Source of the DNA: Eledone cirrhosa
Taxonomy: Eukaryota
Assembly (NCBI GenBank): GCA_964016885.1
Contig: OZ024740.1
Location: 383,346,001-383,410,000, forward strand
Direction of reading: 5' to 3'
Length of the DNA stretch: 64,000 bases
Positions 26,113 to 41,409 of the stretch are shown here, piece after piece. The first letter of the stretch is position 1. Each line of letters starts with the position of its first letter. The notes below the pieces were generated by a model that was not told the DNA's origin, made no database searches, and saw nothing but the letters and a program-made list of their open reading frames with translations. A program made the position numbers and the translations under genes.

Positions 26113-28869
26113 AGAGAGAAAGAGGGGTCGTCCAATGGGAGCGAGAAGGCTCTGGATAGGATTGGATTGGATATAATGGAGGACCACAAATATGAATAGA
26201 ATTCTTATATAGCGGAGCATAATAAGGCAATGACACGAACGTGAGCTTGAGCCATATACTACAACCTCATCAAGCATATTCAGGAACTATGTCTCCTTTT
26301 CATTGATTTTGTTCATGGTCTTTTGAAAAGCTCCTTTTAAAAGGCAAAACCTCTGACTAACTAGTTTTCTTATTAGTGGTAGAATAAGTAGAGTAATGTT
26401 GAGTGTAAGTTTAAGTTAATCTTTATATTTGAATATAATCTTGATACAGCAATTTCCAGTCTTTCAGTTTCAGCAACTAGTAAATATTTACTCATAGGTC
26501 TGAATAATGTCATGGATGCCATTGGACTAAGTTACAATAACTGAAAGAAATTTAAATATCGTATTCACATATTGTCATCAAGTACATACAATCTATCAAT
26601 TTTTAATGTGTTTGGTCAGAAATATTGAAGGAATTTGTTGTCTGAGAGGTTTAATTTCGTCTTTGTTGATAAGGTTGTTTTGTGTGAGCTTGCATGGTTG
26701 TATGTGTGTGAGTGTACAGTTATGTGATTATTTGATATTTGAAGATTGGAAACTTCATTTGACAGTATCATTAAATGTAGAAAATGTAGAATCATATATG
26801 TAGAAACTTCATTTGACAGTATCATTAAAATATAATTAAGATGTATACATTATTTCTCCTTCTATTTCAAATATACTCACATTCTATCCCTTTTATCATT
26901 ATATACCATATTCTTGATATACACATATATCCTTTTTCTCTTCAATCCACCATCTTTTTCTCCTTACCTTTCCTTCAGAAGAGCACACATGAAAGAAATA
27001 TGCTTGCCTATCACGTTTAGGCGTTTATTTTATTTCAACCTTCAGTATTTCATTCTGTTGCTGTTTTTCTTTTCTGTTTTAACTTTTGTTTTGCTGTTCA
27101 CTATTCCTTGGCAAGTACTATGAAACATTACAGATAAAAATTGATCTTATATTACATGATGTTTAAATATAGACAGCACTGCAGATTGCATAACACTATC
27201 AAGAGTAATAAAGAGGAGCAATATTTACATTGAAATCAATTGGGAGCTGTATAAGCTCACTCATTCAATCCCTTGTGCATTGGAATATTGAGTAAGAGAT
27301 CTGTTCTATGATGATAAGAATCAAAATGGAAGAAAAGGCAGCTCACATTCGAGAAATAAATAAATCTAATAAGCCATACGCTAGACATTTGAATAGATGA
27401 AATGTTATGGGGATTCGTGTCACCTGAACACTATTCATAAAATCCTGTTACGACGCACATTTAATGAAATAGTTTAGATAATTTGAATGAAATACATATG
27501 GTTTATTTATCATGTATTACGTCAAAGCATCTTCAGTGATTCATGTGTGTTGAGTAGTTGATCCTGTGTGGTGGTACGTTTATTGCACGATTGTGAGTAT
27601 TGGTCTTTCAGCTGAGGAATAAACACTTTTTATCTCAAATTAATATGAGAAAAACACTGAACATTGGAACTCCAGAAAATAGTAAACAAATTCTCCTAAA
27701 TATCTTGCCATTCAATACAAAAAATCAGGGGCATATAAAAGGTAATATTGTCCATAAAATTACCATTACGGGAGGCCATGGCTGAAATATGTGTACGATG
27801 GAGATTAACCTAGAAACAAACGCCAATAGCAAAAACAATATTCTTGCCATTGTCTTATAACTAAATTCCTACTGCGTAGTATATAATATACATACAAAGA
27901 AACAAATTTAATGAAAGGACAGGTGACGCAAACCTCATTATATAACCAGCAATCAATCTTCCGCGCACGAATATGAAAGAAAAGAGCCAATTAAAAGGCG
28001 TGTATATGATAAACATTGTAATTTATTCTCTAATATGGCTGGATGGTGGATAACAAGCTGCACTTCGGTAATTTGAAAACAGTGTGAAGACATTTCTTTT
28101 ATTACATGTTGCGCTTTTTGAGATAATCTGATAGAATGCTATTTTCCGTCTTTCCTATTTGTAACGCTTATTAGCCGAAAGGATCATATAATAGATTTTA
28201 CAAATTTTTATTTCTAAATAATAAAACCTGTACTGATGTAAGAGATTTAATTGGCTGCATGACCTTCCAAAAGTACAAATACTATATCAGAAAAGCTTCC
28301 TTCAACTAAAATGATCCTTGATTGATGTCCCCGTCATAAGCACCGATTTTGCAAAAGCATTTGATGCATACCAGGCATCCAAACCTTACCGTCTGTTTCC
28401 TGGTTTATCACACACACATGCAAATCACTTCACACTGGAATCTCGTAACGCGCGCAGCTTGTATTACTGATGTGTAATAGTATGTGAGAGAAAAATGTTG
28501 TTTTTTTAAATGAGGTAGTATCAGAGGTTTGATTATAAATTATGTATGGCACCTATTGTATATTAGAAATTCTCCAGTGACATTAAAACTTTCAGATCTT
28601 AACAGGTAGAAGAAAAAAATATAATATATGTTTCCTTTGTTCGCATGTCTGTTTTTGCCTGTGTGCTTCGATATTTGTGTTAGTGTATTTCATCTCTAAA
28701 GTATTCTTAAATGATACAGGCAAAAACTGGAACAAGAAATCGTGAGAGTATACATCGATATATGTTTTCTGTTGTTTGTCATCTCCTCGTGACGTTTTCT
28801 GTGTAATTTCCATTTTCTGTGTTAGTTATCAATGGTTTATTCACGGTTGTTGTTTTTATCTTTCCATAG

Positions 28870-28947
28870 GAAAAGGTTACCGAAAAGAAGAAATAATCCT
28901 AATTTCCCATTTACAGAAGAAAATGTCTCTTTATATGAAAAAGAAAA
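28870..28947 (+). CDS. Exon encoding the juxtamembrane cytoplasmic tail of the same membrane protein
   Basis: Pyrimidine tract tttttatctttccatag|G and donor AA|gtaagt; 78 nt, phase 2 to 2. Joins the TM exon to give ..CRYYRKRLPKRRNNPNFPFTEENVSLYEKE. Confidence 0.6.
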
Positions 28948-29194
28948 GTAAGTCATTTCAATATTGTCATTCCTTAGTAAACCAAATGCAAACATTGTCC
29001 TGGATTTATCCCTATGGAGAAATAATGCAGAAGCATAAATCATAATAAACATATATATATACATTATATGTCCGTGTCTATACATAGTTACATTGCTATT
29101 ACAATGTATACATTTGTGTTATGTGTACATACATAGAGATCCTATTATATATTTGGATAGATGTGTTCTTAGTCTCAGCTATATTTATCAAAAA

Positions 29195-30122
29195 CTAGCA
29201 TTAAAGCCAGGCGTTGCTCAGGGTCAGTAAGTTACCAAAGTTAAGTTGCTCCACCCATTTTATGGCAGCACTTTTTTGTCTGCCAGTCACAGGGTGAATG
29301 AATTGCAGACCTGGACTGCCGAAGCAGGAGCTGCGCCAGTAGTGAGAATTGTAGTTTCGCCTATGTGCAAGGAAGAGTTGAATTTTATTGTTTTACAGTA
29401 CTTGCACACCACCCGCGTAGACGATGCCAGCCGAACAACAGAGCTGCGATTGAGTTGTTCTGCCTGGTTGTCTAATGTGTGTTTTCTAAATTTAAGACAG
29501 TAGGGAGGGGTGCGATATGGTGGAGAGTTAGCTGCTGTTCCTAGCAGGTTTAGTGACCTCATAGAGGATATTATTGTGTATAGTAAATAACTGATACTTC
29601 TTTCTTCCACTTTCGTTGAGAGATGTTTTTAAAAAAGATTTATCGCTATTTTTTTGTTGTTGAATAAATTTATCTGTTGCTTTTGAATAATTGTTGTCAT
29701 TGAAGTAAATAAATGTTTGACCGTTCCACACTCAAAACCAAACGTTCTCTCTCTCTATCTCTCTTACTCTCTTCTCTCTCCTTCATTTCTTTCTCTCTTC
29801 TTTCTTCTGCGTTCCTAAAGGAAGTTTGTAAGTTTAAGCGTATATAAGAGAAAGTTGCAGCATGTATGTAGTTTTATCGAATTTTAAGGGGAGTAGAGAG
29901 AGGAATTTCAGATTGTATTAGAGGAGTAAAGCGTCATGTATTTGGTTTTATCTATTATTTCCGTAATTGTGGGTGAGTTTGAAATAAATAAATAGTCGAT
30001 TAGCTAAGTTACACGATTTACAACATTCTTATAGACTTTGAATCGAATGGGTTCGGAATTGTGCAAATATATAAACATGGAACATGCACACACACGCACA
30101 ACAACAATCTGCTTTTTATAGA
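29195..30122 (-). mobile_element. Non-autonomous Helitron, unit 1 of a tandem pair
   Basis: On -: A|TCTATAAAAAG start, ccctgagcaacgcctggc hairpin and CTAG|T end. Confidence 0.75.
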
Positions 30123-30125
30123 TAA

Positions 30126-31086
30126 CTAGCATTAAAGCTCGGCGTTGCTCGGGGTCAGTAAGTTACCAAAGTTAGGTTGCACGACCCATTTTATGGCAGC
30201 ACTTTTTTGTCTGCCAGGCACTGGGTGAATGAATTGCAGACCTGGACTGCCGAAGCAGGAGCTGCGCCAGCAGTGACAATTGTAGTTTCGCCTATGGATA
30301 TTATCTCTGTGCAAAGAAGTGTTGAAATTTATTGTTTCACAGTAAGCGCTTAGACGATGCCAGCCGAACAACAGAGCTGCGATGGAGTTTTTCTGCATGG
30401 TTGTCTAATGTGTGTTTTCTAAATTTAAGACAGTAGGGAGGGGTGTGATATGGGGGAGATTTAGCTGCTGTTTCTAGCATGTTTAGTGACCTCATAGAGG
30501 ATATATTTTCTAAATGTAAGACAGTAGGGAGTGGTGTCATATGGGGGAGAGTTAGCTGCTGTTTCTAGATGTTTTAAAAAAAGATTTATCGTTATTTTTG
30601 TTGTTGTTGAATAAATATATCTGTTGCTTTTGAATAATTGTTGTTTCGTATGAAATGTAATAAGTACTCTTGGTCATTGAAGTAAATAAATGTTTGACCG
30701 TTCCACATTCAAAAAACAAACGTTCTCTCTCTCTCCCTCTCACTCTCTTAAAGTTTGTAAGTTTAATCATCATCATCATCATCATTATCTATAAAAGGCA
30801 GATTGTTGTTGTGTGTGTGTGCATGTTCCATGTTTATATTCGATAAACTACATATATGCTGCAACTTTCTCTGATGAAGAGGAGTAGAGAGATGAAGTAT
30901 GATTGTATTAGAGGGGTAAAGCGTCATGTATTTAGTTTTATCGATTATTTCCGTAATTGTGGGTGAGTTTGAATGAAATAAATAGTCGTTGACCTAAAGT
31001 AGACTATTTACAACATTCTTACAGACTTTGAGTGGAATCGGTTTGACACACACACACAACAACAACAACAATCTGCCTTTTATAGA
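30126..31086 (-). mobile_element. Non-autonomous Helitron, unit 2 of a tandem pair, containing an inverted copy of its own 5' end
   Basis: Same termini as unit 1. 30787-30872 is the reverse complement of the family's 5' terminal sequence. Internal duplication around 30420-30570. Confidence 0.75.
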
Positions 31087-31090
31087 TAAT

Positions 31091-31175
31091 TGTTTCTACT
31101 TTAGGCACAAGGCCAGCAATTACCCAGTTCATTACTGGTACTTTATTTTATCGACCCCGTAAGGATGAAAGGCAA
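31091..31175 (-). mobile_element. 5'-truncated SINE with 12-bp TSD
   Basis: tttatagataat at 31079-31090 and 31176-31187. Confidence 0.85.
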
Positions 31176-31619
31176 TTTATAGATAATGATGATGGTTTCT
31201 ATTCTAATACTTTAATTCAACATCCAGCCTATTAGTATTTTGGTATGATGTTGATGACTACTCTGCATTTTCGTGCGATAATATTTACAGAAACTTTGAG
31301 AGCACACAGAAAAGATGAATGATTAATTTTTTAAAATTATATATTTTTAGGTTAAATATGAAATATTTGACATTTAGAAACCTAATAGAATGTTAACATC
31401 TTTTATCTCTGATGAAGCATAAAAAGAGGCAAAATATAAATGTATAAGTATGATTGTTTTCATTAATCATATACACATGTTGAATAGTGTGAGTACAAGT
31501 TTAATAACGCATGCTTCCGAGTTAGACGCGGTTTTTGTACATGAAAATAATTTATGTCGTGTATGTACTCCATAAAGCCACTGAAGCGTTAGATGCAGTT
31601 ATGACTGAGTCATAAATCC

Positions 31620-33180
31620 TGATGGTAGACATCGGTGTACATGTTGGCATTGGCCACCTCGCATGGAAAGGATTGAGTGGAAGGAATGCTGACCCTGATC
31701 TGTATACGAACGGAGAGTCCTTATTAGACTTGTCTTCTAGCAATTGACTCTGTTACGAACATCCTCCAGCACAGAGATATCGATAAATATACACGACATA
31801 AGGGGAATCAGCAACAAAGATCAATAACTGATTTTGTTTCTCTTTCTGATCGCTTTGATTCAGTGCTGGATGTTCGTGTTAAGATAGGGCTGAGCTGTCA
31901 ACTGATCACCATCTAGTTATCTGAACCCTGTGACTACCTAAAACCAAACAAACCCACAAAACTGAATGGTTCAGGGTGACCTACAGGACACAGTGGCAAG
32001 CGTTGGTGGATACGGAGATCAGGACAAGGTATGCAGATATTATTGCATACAAATTTAGAGAACACCCTGAGCAAACTGAGGACATTGTGACACAGTGGAC
32101 ATTGTCTTTCTCAGCAATTTCTGCTACAGCTGTTAAATGCTGCAGGTAAAAGAGGCTTGGCATGGAGCCAGAAGGCAGGAGAACCCCTCGTTTCAATCAA
32201 GAGGTCAAAGATGGTATCCGAACAAAAAGGAGACATAAACACCTAGGTTTGGAAATATATTCTCCTCCTTCCTGCACTTCAGTACTAGGATGTATGCAGA
32301 ATTACAGTGGTTACAGTAAAGGCGTCCAAATTTGATATAGGGGAGGAATTTGGGGTTAACATTTATCAGCAAATAATGTGTTCTGGAAGACCATCCTCCG
32401 ACTTCCTAATAAGACGTTATCCTGCACCCCTGCTATCTGGAAGGCCACTGCCCCCCCCCCCCCCCCCCCTGAAAGAGATGCATCCTCGCGAGGTGCAGAG
32501 AATACTTTGCTGATCTCTTAAATCCGATCACAACAGCATATTCGGGTGTAAACAAGGCGCATCTGTGGACAGTGAATAATCCATCAGAGGCTGAGGTCGT
32601 AACAGCAGTTAAGGAGCCCAAATGTGACAAGGCCGCTGGGGCAGATGAAATCCGGTTCAAGATGTTAAAAGCCTTGAATAGAGATGTTATTCTCTGTCAG
32701 ACTCGTGTGTATCGGGTGGCCTGGATCGCTAGAAAGGCACCTAAGCAATGGCAATTGGGAGTGATAGGCAACATTTTCTAAAGGGAGACAAAATGATTTT
32801 TATAAATACAAATTGACCTCATTGTTAGGCCTCCACGGTAAAGTCCATGCTAAATATCTGACAAAGTGGTGTAGAGGGTTTGTCGAGTTCAAGCTAGCTG
32901 ATGATCAGTGTTGATTTCCCTCAGAGCGCAGTACAGCCAAATATTCACACTGCGGAAGGTCTTCGAGAAATCTTGTGAATATTGCCTATACATATCTTCT
33001 TGTTTTGCACAACTCGAAAAGGCATATAACACCATCCCTTGGGACTTGCTGTGGGAAGATGTGCAGAACTATGGAATCGATATTCAGCTTCTTGCTGCCC
33101 TGATTTCTCTACACGAATGACCGATTATTTCTCTTCGGAAAAATGGTACTAAATCGAAACCTTTCAATGTGGGATTCATT
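31620..33180 (+). mobile_element. Degenerate RTE-clade (Rex3/Expander-like) LINE: APE endonuclease end + RT start
   Basis: Fragments VLDVRVK.G/AELSTDHHLV, EAEVVTAVK..KCDKAAGADEIRFKMLKAL, RVAWIARKAPKQWQLGVI and QIFTLRKVFEKSCEY..CFAQLEKAYNTIPWDLLW. Confidence 0.85.
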
Positions 33181-34730
33181 GACGACGTTCAATAGAGAAG
33201 GTCCAGTGTTTAACCATTGCATTATCTCCAAATTGGTTGGTAAAAACAAGTTATAATAAGTTGTTTAGTACAACAAGAAGCAATGGAGAAACATATCGAG
33301 GTATCTTCGTTGCGAAAACATTGTCCGAATGCTTGCAAATTAGTGAAATCTACAAATACCGCTTCGGGGCCAGTTTGCGGTCTTTAAATGAAACGTGGGT
33401 ATTCCGCCCTATGCGGCTGCAGACTTTATATCACCTTAATTTTATTTAAGATTCTGAGGTTTACCTAGGCTTGTAGTAAATTAAATATGCACAGTGTCAC
33501 GTGTAGTATATTAAATATGCAATAGGATCGAACATTAGAATACGTAGCTACTTAACGAAATTCATTTCGGCCCAACCCATTATGTTGTAATTATGTACAA
33601 ATAATATTCTTTTACACGTTTATTCCACTTTTTTTGCCAGGTACAACTTTGAAAACAATTTTTTAAGCTATGTAATTTCCAACTTAAGTACTCTGTCTCT
33701 GTGGTGCGATAAGCAAAGTAATTCCTTTGAAATAACGTTTCATCAGATAAAATTCATAAAGAAAAATAAATATATCTGTTTTTAATATATTTTCTTTCAG
33801 AACGCACTGTGTTTTATTTTTTGTTGTTTATTATTTTACTGCAAATTTATATTTTACTGCTATCTCCAAAATTCGAGCAAAAGAATATATTTTCTATATC
33901 TCAATAAGACTAGTAGATATTAATAATAAATTGATAACATAAGTCATTTATCATTGTTAAAGAAAATTCTAAAAAATATCTAAATATCTAAATATGAAGT
34001 AAATATCAGAGAGACAGACTGTTTTCTGCTACTTTTTATGATATCTGGGGACGTTTTCATGACTGTTGATATGATGAAATTCTTCGGAATTCCAATTTTA
34101 ACTAATCTCACATCGTTGGTGAAAATTGTGAATTTTGTTTGGATTATTCTATCAAGTGATTATTTTATTCAGCCTAATTATCACGTTTCTATTTGCTTTA
34201 AATTATGTTTGAAAGCGCATCAATAAATCGTTAAAACTTTTTGTTCCCCTTTGTCATTTATGGATAACCTATTATTTCGGTAATGATTTAAACTTGAGAT
34301 ATCATAAGAGAAATCAGCTGTAATATTTCTCCAATTTCCTTGTGTACAGTTTTCGCTAATATATATCCACGATTTCAGAATTACTTCGCAAATTGAAACA
34401 GATTAAAGGAATAGAAAGATTCTAATTATATTAACAGAAACTTGCCTGTGATTAGTCCTGTGATTTTAATTATCCACTGCAGAGTTTTAATCATTTCCGC
34501 TTCTCTATATTATTAAAATATGAGCAAAAAGAGATGGTAATCCCCTACAATCCGTTTGTCATTTCTTTATCAATGAAGCTCTACGGTAAACAAGCTATTG
34601 ATTATTTACTAGCATTAATCTGCAATTATTACATTTTCGAAAAGAACTACATCCACTTATGTATTATACACATACCGAACCACTACCTTGAAAATAACGA
34701 TAGTAAATAGCCTGTGTTTTCTTCTTACAG

Positions 34731-34746
34731 AAATAATCACGTTTAA
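34731..34746 (+). CDS. Candidate terminal coding exon (K-N-N-H-V-stop)
   Basis: Strong acceptor tgttttcttcttacag|A, phase 2 compatible with 28947. Too short to validate by eye. Confidence 0.25.
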
Positions 34747-34798
34747 TCTCTACCCATATAGCTTGCATTCTGTAAATGTTTCTAGCATTATTCTATTC

Positions 34799-35465
34799 CA
34801 GAGATCCCCAACCTTTTTTGCCTCATCGCCTGCTTTCACATGGTAAATTCTTCCACCGTACAACTGTATATTACATTTTCAAAAACATGCCAAACATGTT
34901 TACTAAAGTTTCTTAAAGGTTTGCAAACTGGCATTTTATGATGTAGTAAAAAATATATTAATGGAAGATCAATATACAACGCTGACTTATGCGGCTGCTG
35001 CTGCTACAGTATTAAAGAACAATTGAAAGCAAACTTGACCATTTGAAATAGTATTTTATTAAATTTAATTATGAATGATATAATTTTTAGTTTTATGGCC
35101 AAGTTTACTTTTAAGGTTAGGGTTAGCTATGTAAGTGAGAAAAAAAAAATGTTTTTCATAATTATATAATTAAATAGATTGTACACTGCTAGCAACTAAT
35201 TAAAATTCAGTGAATATGTTTTGTTACGTCTAATATGTTATCGGAGTTGTTGTACTTCCACACTTTCGAAAAATGTAACCATTGTTGAAATGAGTCACTC
35301 GATGTGAAAATCGCTGCACATTTTTACGAGCTGTTTTAACATCAAATGCGTGGAAAATTCATGAAATAGAAAACAGAAGTTATTACGTGAGGCACCGCTC
35401 CTTTCGAGGGAACTTCTACAAAAACAGGTCGATGTGTTGTTTCTCCTATGGTTTGAGAAATGCCG
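34799..35465. mobile_element. Possible old hAT-type MITE
   Basis: Ends CAGAGATCCCCAACCTTTTTT and GGTTTGAGAAATGCCG resemble degenerate hAT/Charlie TIRs. No clear 8-bp TSD. Confidence 0.35.
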
Positions 35466-36189
35466 GCTCTTCCGACCAGTAACGCAATACTCTACTGTCC
35501 AATTATTCCATGATCTTGCTGCATAGTTCTTAGCGGAATTCTGAGATCAACATTTTCTGCTTTTCGAATGAGGCCTTAAATTCTAAGAAAGACGACAAAC
35601 GTTTTACCATCTATTTGACATGATTAGAATATAAATTATATTTTGAGTGATGGCTTCATGGTTTTGTGCTTCAGGTTTCATTGCACATAAGAAACATAGG
35701 TATTTGACTGCTCTGGGGAGAACCGATAAAGCTATAAGATAAAAAATCAATAAAGTGTTGATGATAAATTTTCTTAAATGGAAATATTCAGTGTTTAAGT
35801 ATCGATCAATACACAGATAAAATAGTAATAAGAATAGATAACTAATTTTTCGTTCAACATGTTATGCCGTTACTCTTAGTCAAATACGATTTCAATAATA
35901 GACAAATAAGAGAATAGCGTTGCAATCATTTGGCGATCAATACAATCCAACAACTTTAAGAGGCTTCTTGTTTTTAGGAGCATGAGAATTGTGTTGTGAA
36001 CAGGTCCCTTCTTGTGATGCTCATATTTTGCCTTGCATGTCATTCACGCCTCCTCACCTACTCCTAGTAATTTCTCGTGCTAAATTGATTGTGATCTCTG
36101 GGTGTTGGAGGCGTTGGCGACTTTATAATGAGGTCACTTCTTAAATTGTGCCGGATCAAACAGAACGCCATTGGTCTTATCCATCACAT

Positions 36190-36390
36190 CTAGACTCTAG
36201 GTCAGATACTGCAGTAACCTGGTGTTCATAAATCACAGGATTTGTATATGCTGCCAAAGAACCTGGAGATGGTTATGGTGTGGTTGTAGATGATTTCAAG
36301 AAACATTTTGCCTATCTACTAACCAAGATACCAGATGAGGAGATAACACGGGAGGAAGCACACATAAAATCAATGACAATCGTGCAGGGC
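36190..36390 (+). mobile_element. CR1-like LINE 3' end fragment
   Basis: MLPKNL / GVVVDDFKKHFAYLLTKIPDE resembles the CR1/Zenon ORF2 C-terminal FK..LD..L..IPDEP motif. Confidence 0.5.
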
Positions 36391-36960
36391 TGGCTATAGA
36401 AATCGCATTTCCAATCTAATATTTATTTTAGGTATTTCCCGGCTTATTATAATAGCGTCTTTGATTCGTAAAATGTGTATATTCCTTTCTATGGTGAGCT
36501 CAATATCATTGTTGCGGCATCTGTCAAGATGCTTTCTTGCAAAAAAGCTCAAGTCATCAAGGGCTCCTTGATTAGTATGTGCACCATCCGGTCGGTACCT
36601 CCGATATATTGTATGTGATTTTATAGACCTCATATACATGCACATTATTCAGGTGTTGATAGGACAAATAGGAAGTGCGTACATATCGCTAAATGTGCCT
36701 TGGCGTCTGTGGTGTAGCCTCCTCGATGCGGTTTCGATGTGTGCCAGCTGTAAATTTAGTCACCCCTATGGAATGATTGTCCGATAACAGCTATCGTCTA
36801 CTCATTAAAATGTGGAAGCCTTGGGTAGAATATTTTATATACAGGGGCACGTGTCTACCCTGTCCTTTTAAGTGTTGCTGCCTTGCCATTCGATATATGG
36901 TGAGAGAATAATGGTAGCCGTTTTCGGAGAGACGTCTCCAGAATAACACCGTGCTTGTTT
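36391..36960 (-). pseudogene. Old Penelope-like GIY-YIG C-terminal remnant (different lineage from the Naiad-type copies)
   Basis: RKHLDRC..NIHILRIKDAIIISREIPKINIRLE matches the PLE pattern HL..C / L.IKEAI.I....P.IN...E. Confidence 0.55.
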
Positions 36961-37379
36961 ATCTGTGGCTACCCTCGCTGCTTCTGTTGCCTATCCGGCA
37001 GATCTCATTCCGCATATAAGCCATTTTGGCTCTGTGGAAAAGGACGGGATCATAGTGCACAAACATGTCTCTGCGGACATACTTATTATAAAATTCAATG
37101 TATATATGGATACTTCCTCTGTGATTCTTAGTGTAAAGTCGAGTAGAAAAAAAAGGATTCAAATTGAAAGGGTGAGCTTTCGTTTTCGAAGGCTTCTTCT
37201 GGTGATGAAATGGGCATAAGGGTATAATCCACGTACCCGAAGAAGAAGGAATAACGGCGGCACGTGTTGAGTGTTGTACGCTCCAGTTGGACCACGCTGT
37301 GATTCACGGTAGCTTAAAGCAAGCATTTGAGCATAATATACAATATACATATCTTTTTGCATGTAAACATGTAGTATAT

Positions 37380-37431
<52 letters not shown>

Positions 37432-38779
37432 TATGGATTTCTACAAAGATGACTAGGTTCTTTTCCTTTAACTCCACTGAGATATTATTGCTCAGCTTAA
37501 GGTTACACTAGACGTTATCTTCCCACAGTATCTCATAGAATGTTAAAATCCAGACCCTTGTCGTTCCAGATCGAATTCCTTATGCACGCAGTTGCGCTTT
37601 CATAGATTATCCTGATACATTATATTTAAATGCGAAAACATGAAATGTAGATTTATCTCTGAGGAATGTGTATTCAGAATCTAAATTTATACAATTTAAT
37701 ATCATCCTTGTATCCAGGTTTGCCAAATCTACAGTAAATATGCATTACAGTATTCGACGCAAACATAGCAAGAGAAGCATGAAAGAAAGAGGTGAAAAGT
37801 TGAATACGTGAAGAAAAAAATTAGATTCAAGTATATATCGAACTAAACATCGATTAACACTCCTCGTGCTCTCACAAGCTAGCAATAGATATTTCTAGCT
37901 TGAACACAAACCACAAGGGATGAAAGTGTTAAGTTGCGTAATTACATACCCAAGTAATTTTTTCATACTTTCACACGCTTTTCCCACTTCGTAGACCATT
38001 TTTATAACATAATATTGAATGTAAAAATAGAAGATTTATTAATTTGTGTGACGAAATTTCATATATATCTTTCTTAAATTGATCATCAAAATTCTAAATG
38101 TGCACTCATCTTACCTGCTAGAATTTATAATCTTTAATTTTCTGATTCAACCTTAATCGTATCGTTTCAGCATCTCTTTGATATGCAATGAATTTCTTTT
38201 GCTTCTTATTGATTTCTGTCTCTCTTCGTCTAACTCTGTCGCTCTGTTCATTTATTCTGAGGACTTGTTTATTTTTGAAATTTTGGAAAAGAATGAATCA
38301 TTTTCTCTTATTGAATTAGATGTTCTTTAAACGATATCCAAAATTAGACATAAAAATCCCAAACGGAGGAAAATTGCCGCTATTAAGTAAAACATGCAAA
38401 TATGCTGAATATTAGTCGTTATAAGTTCTCCAATGAGGATTTTGTTTATTATTTCTTCATTTTGCTTTTGCAAAATTGTGGCTTTTCGGCATGTTTCATA
38501 ACATACGTAACAAAAACCGGATGTGATTTGACGAGCTACCCTCCAATATACTAAAATGTATATATTGACCACCTTATTACCATATTTACCATCATATGTA
38601 CATATTTACCATCTTATTATCATCGAATGTTCTAGTATAAATCACTTGCAACTATATATTCTTCAGGGTGAGTGCGGATGAGTGGATATGTGGTTTAGAC
38701 TAATATTTTGTTTAAAGATAGTAGTAATGCGCCAAGGTCTCTTCCATGTTCACAAACCATGCCAGAAAATCTTCCGGAT

Positions 38780-39352
38780 CAGCTTCATAAATTACAAGAC
38801 ATAGTGCGACGAGTGCTCTTTTTTACCTCAATCAAAAGAGGTGCAATCCAACGTGAAGAGGCCTTTCTTAAAACAGGCTTCTTCGTGAGATGCCTAACAT
38901 GTTTAATATTTGAAGAGATGACAGTTGTTGATTCTCCATCCTCATCCCAAAGACAAGGACAATGTTCTGTAGTGTGGTCACTGTTTATGGACTCTCACAC
39001 CTCTGGTCATCTTTCACTCCTTCCTTACCACGCTTGAATTCATTAACCCAGGTTCGACAGTGGCTTTTGACGAGCTATCTTCACCTAATGTGTCTTGTAT
39101 GCCCTTATGGATCTTAGCTGGCATCATGATTTTCAACTGCGGATAGTTGATCATTTCTCGATACTCGAATTTCTCCGTTTTTTTAAAACTGCCAGAGTAA
39201 ATCAACTTTAAGAATCTGCGAAAAGAAATGAAAAAAAGTATTATGAAACCTAGCTAGCCCTGTATGAATATGTCGCAATCTTCACTCACAAAATTTAATT
39301 TGCATACATATTTGTTTTCTGCGTGAACTCAAAATATTTCAGTCATCCTTCA
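38780..39352 (-). mobile_element. Mariner DNA transposon relic (5' TIR + transposase fragments)
   Basis: EKFEYREMINYPQLKIMMPAKIHKGIQDTLGEDSSSKATV resembles the mariner N-terminal HTH, and an LWDEDG fragment is present. TIR-like end tttcagtcatccttca followed by TA. Confidence 0.7.
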
Positions 39353-39354
39353 TA

Positions 39355-39388
<34 letters not shown>

Positions 39389-39599
39389 GATAAATCTACC
39401 AAGAGTTTACGGTAGTGTCCAATCCGTATGAAGAACTCAATGTAATCCGGATATCATGGAAAGAAGAGATGCAATGAAAAATCACTTTCGGTGAAAGATA
39501 AACGGAATACAGAGTCAAGATAAAATATAAAAAAAATAATGAATAAAACAATGAAACAGTTCCTTATATTAAACAAAAAAAGTTCATTATTTAAATTTA

Positions 39600-40530
<931 letters not shown>

Positions 40531-41127
40531 CTTGATATATTTCTTTTTTCTTTTCCTTTTCTTTTCTTTTTATTTATAAATTTATAGATACATTTATAAA
40601 TAGGCAGTCTGCTGACACCGGTGTATACTGACCTCTCCCCCCCCCCACCTACCTTCTGTATCTGGATCTAAATATGTGTGGCAGTGTTTATGTGCGCGCA
40701 TTAATGTCCATATGCTTATGATAATAGTATATACACATATATATGTGTGTGGGGTGTGTGTGTGTATGTATGTTCGTGGTTGTGTGTATGTTTATGCGTA
40801 TGCGTGCGTGTGTGTGTGAATGTCCGTATATGTGTGAGTATATGAATGTGTGTATATATTTATTTTTATATTTATATGTATATACGTATTTTATCTGTAG
40901 ATTATAAACATACAGAGACATTAGCCTTGAATTTTTGTATTTACATACATCTTTTTGGCATGCGTATGCATGTGAACATATATCTTTATGCATATCTGTG
41001 AACGAAGTTAATTGCATATATACACACACCTAACTGTATAAACTTTTTGTATTTTCATTGGTCAATTTGAACTCTGTTCCCAAACAGACCTTTAATTTTG
41101 AATTGTTGTTATTATCAATAAATATAT

Positions 41128-41281
41128 TTCATTATTTCTGAAGACGGCTTATATATGTGTTGGTATGTATATTTAATTTTGATAGTTTGTATAATTTTGT
41201 ATAATTTTGTACATAGATCTGTTGAATATGCATGCCAACTCTAACACATATATATCCTAGAAACGATCGTTAAATAATGAA
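41128..41281 (+). ncRNA. Type I hammerhead ribozyme with ~115-nt stem II insert
   Basis: Stem I ttcattattt/aaataatgaa (10 bp); CTGAAGA 41138-41144; stem II tatatatgtgttg/taacacatatata plus gttggtatgtatatt/aatatgcatgccaac; GAAA 41260-41263; C-GATC-G; GUU triplet. Confidence 0.75.
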
Positions 41282-41335
41282 CTTTTTTTGTTTAATATAA
41301 GGAACTGTTTCATTGTTTTATTCATTATTTTTTTA

Positions 41336-41408
<73 letters not shown>

Positions 41409-41409
<1 letters not shown>

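Noticed and set aside
26230-26277. TTGATGA..cacg-ttc-gtg TC on - strand
   Set aside because: No GAAA box and no stem I.
26749-26829. 27-bp direct repeat with a 27-nt spacer (CRISPR-like spacing)
   Set aside because: Only two copies, eukaryotic context and no cas genes; a simple local duplication.
33801-33942. Alternative phase-2 acceptor tttctttcag followed by an open frame
   Set aside because: AT-rich, low-complexity, intron-like translation with no support.
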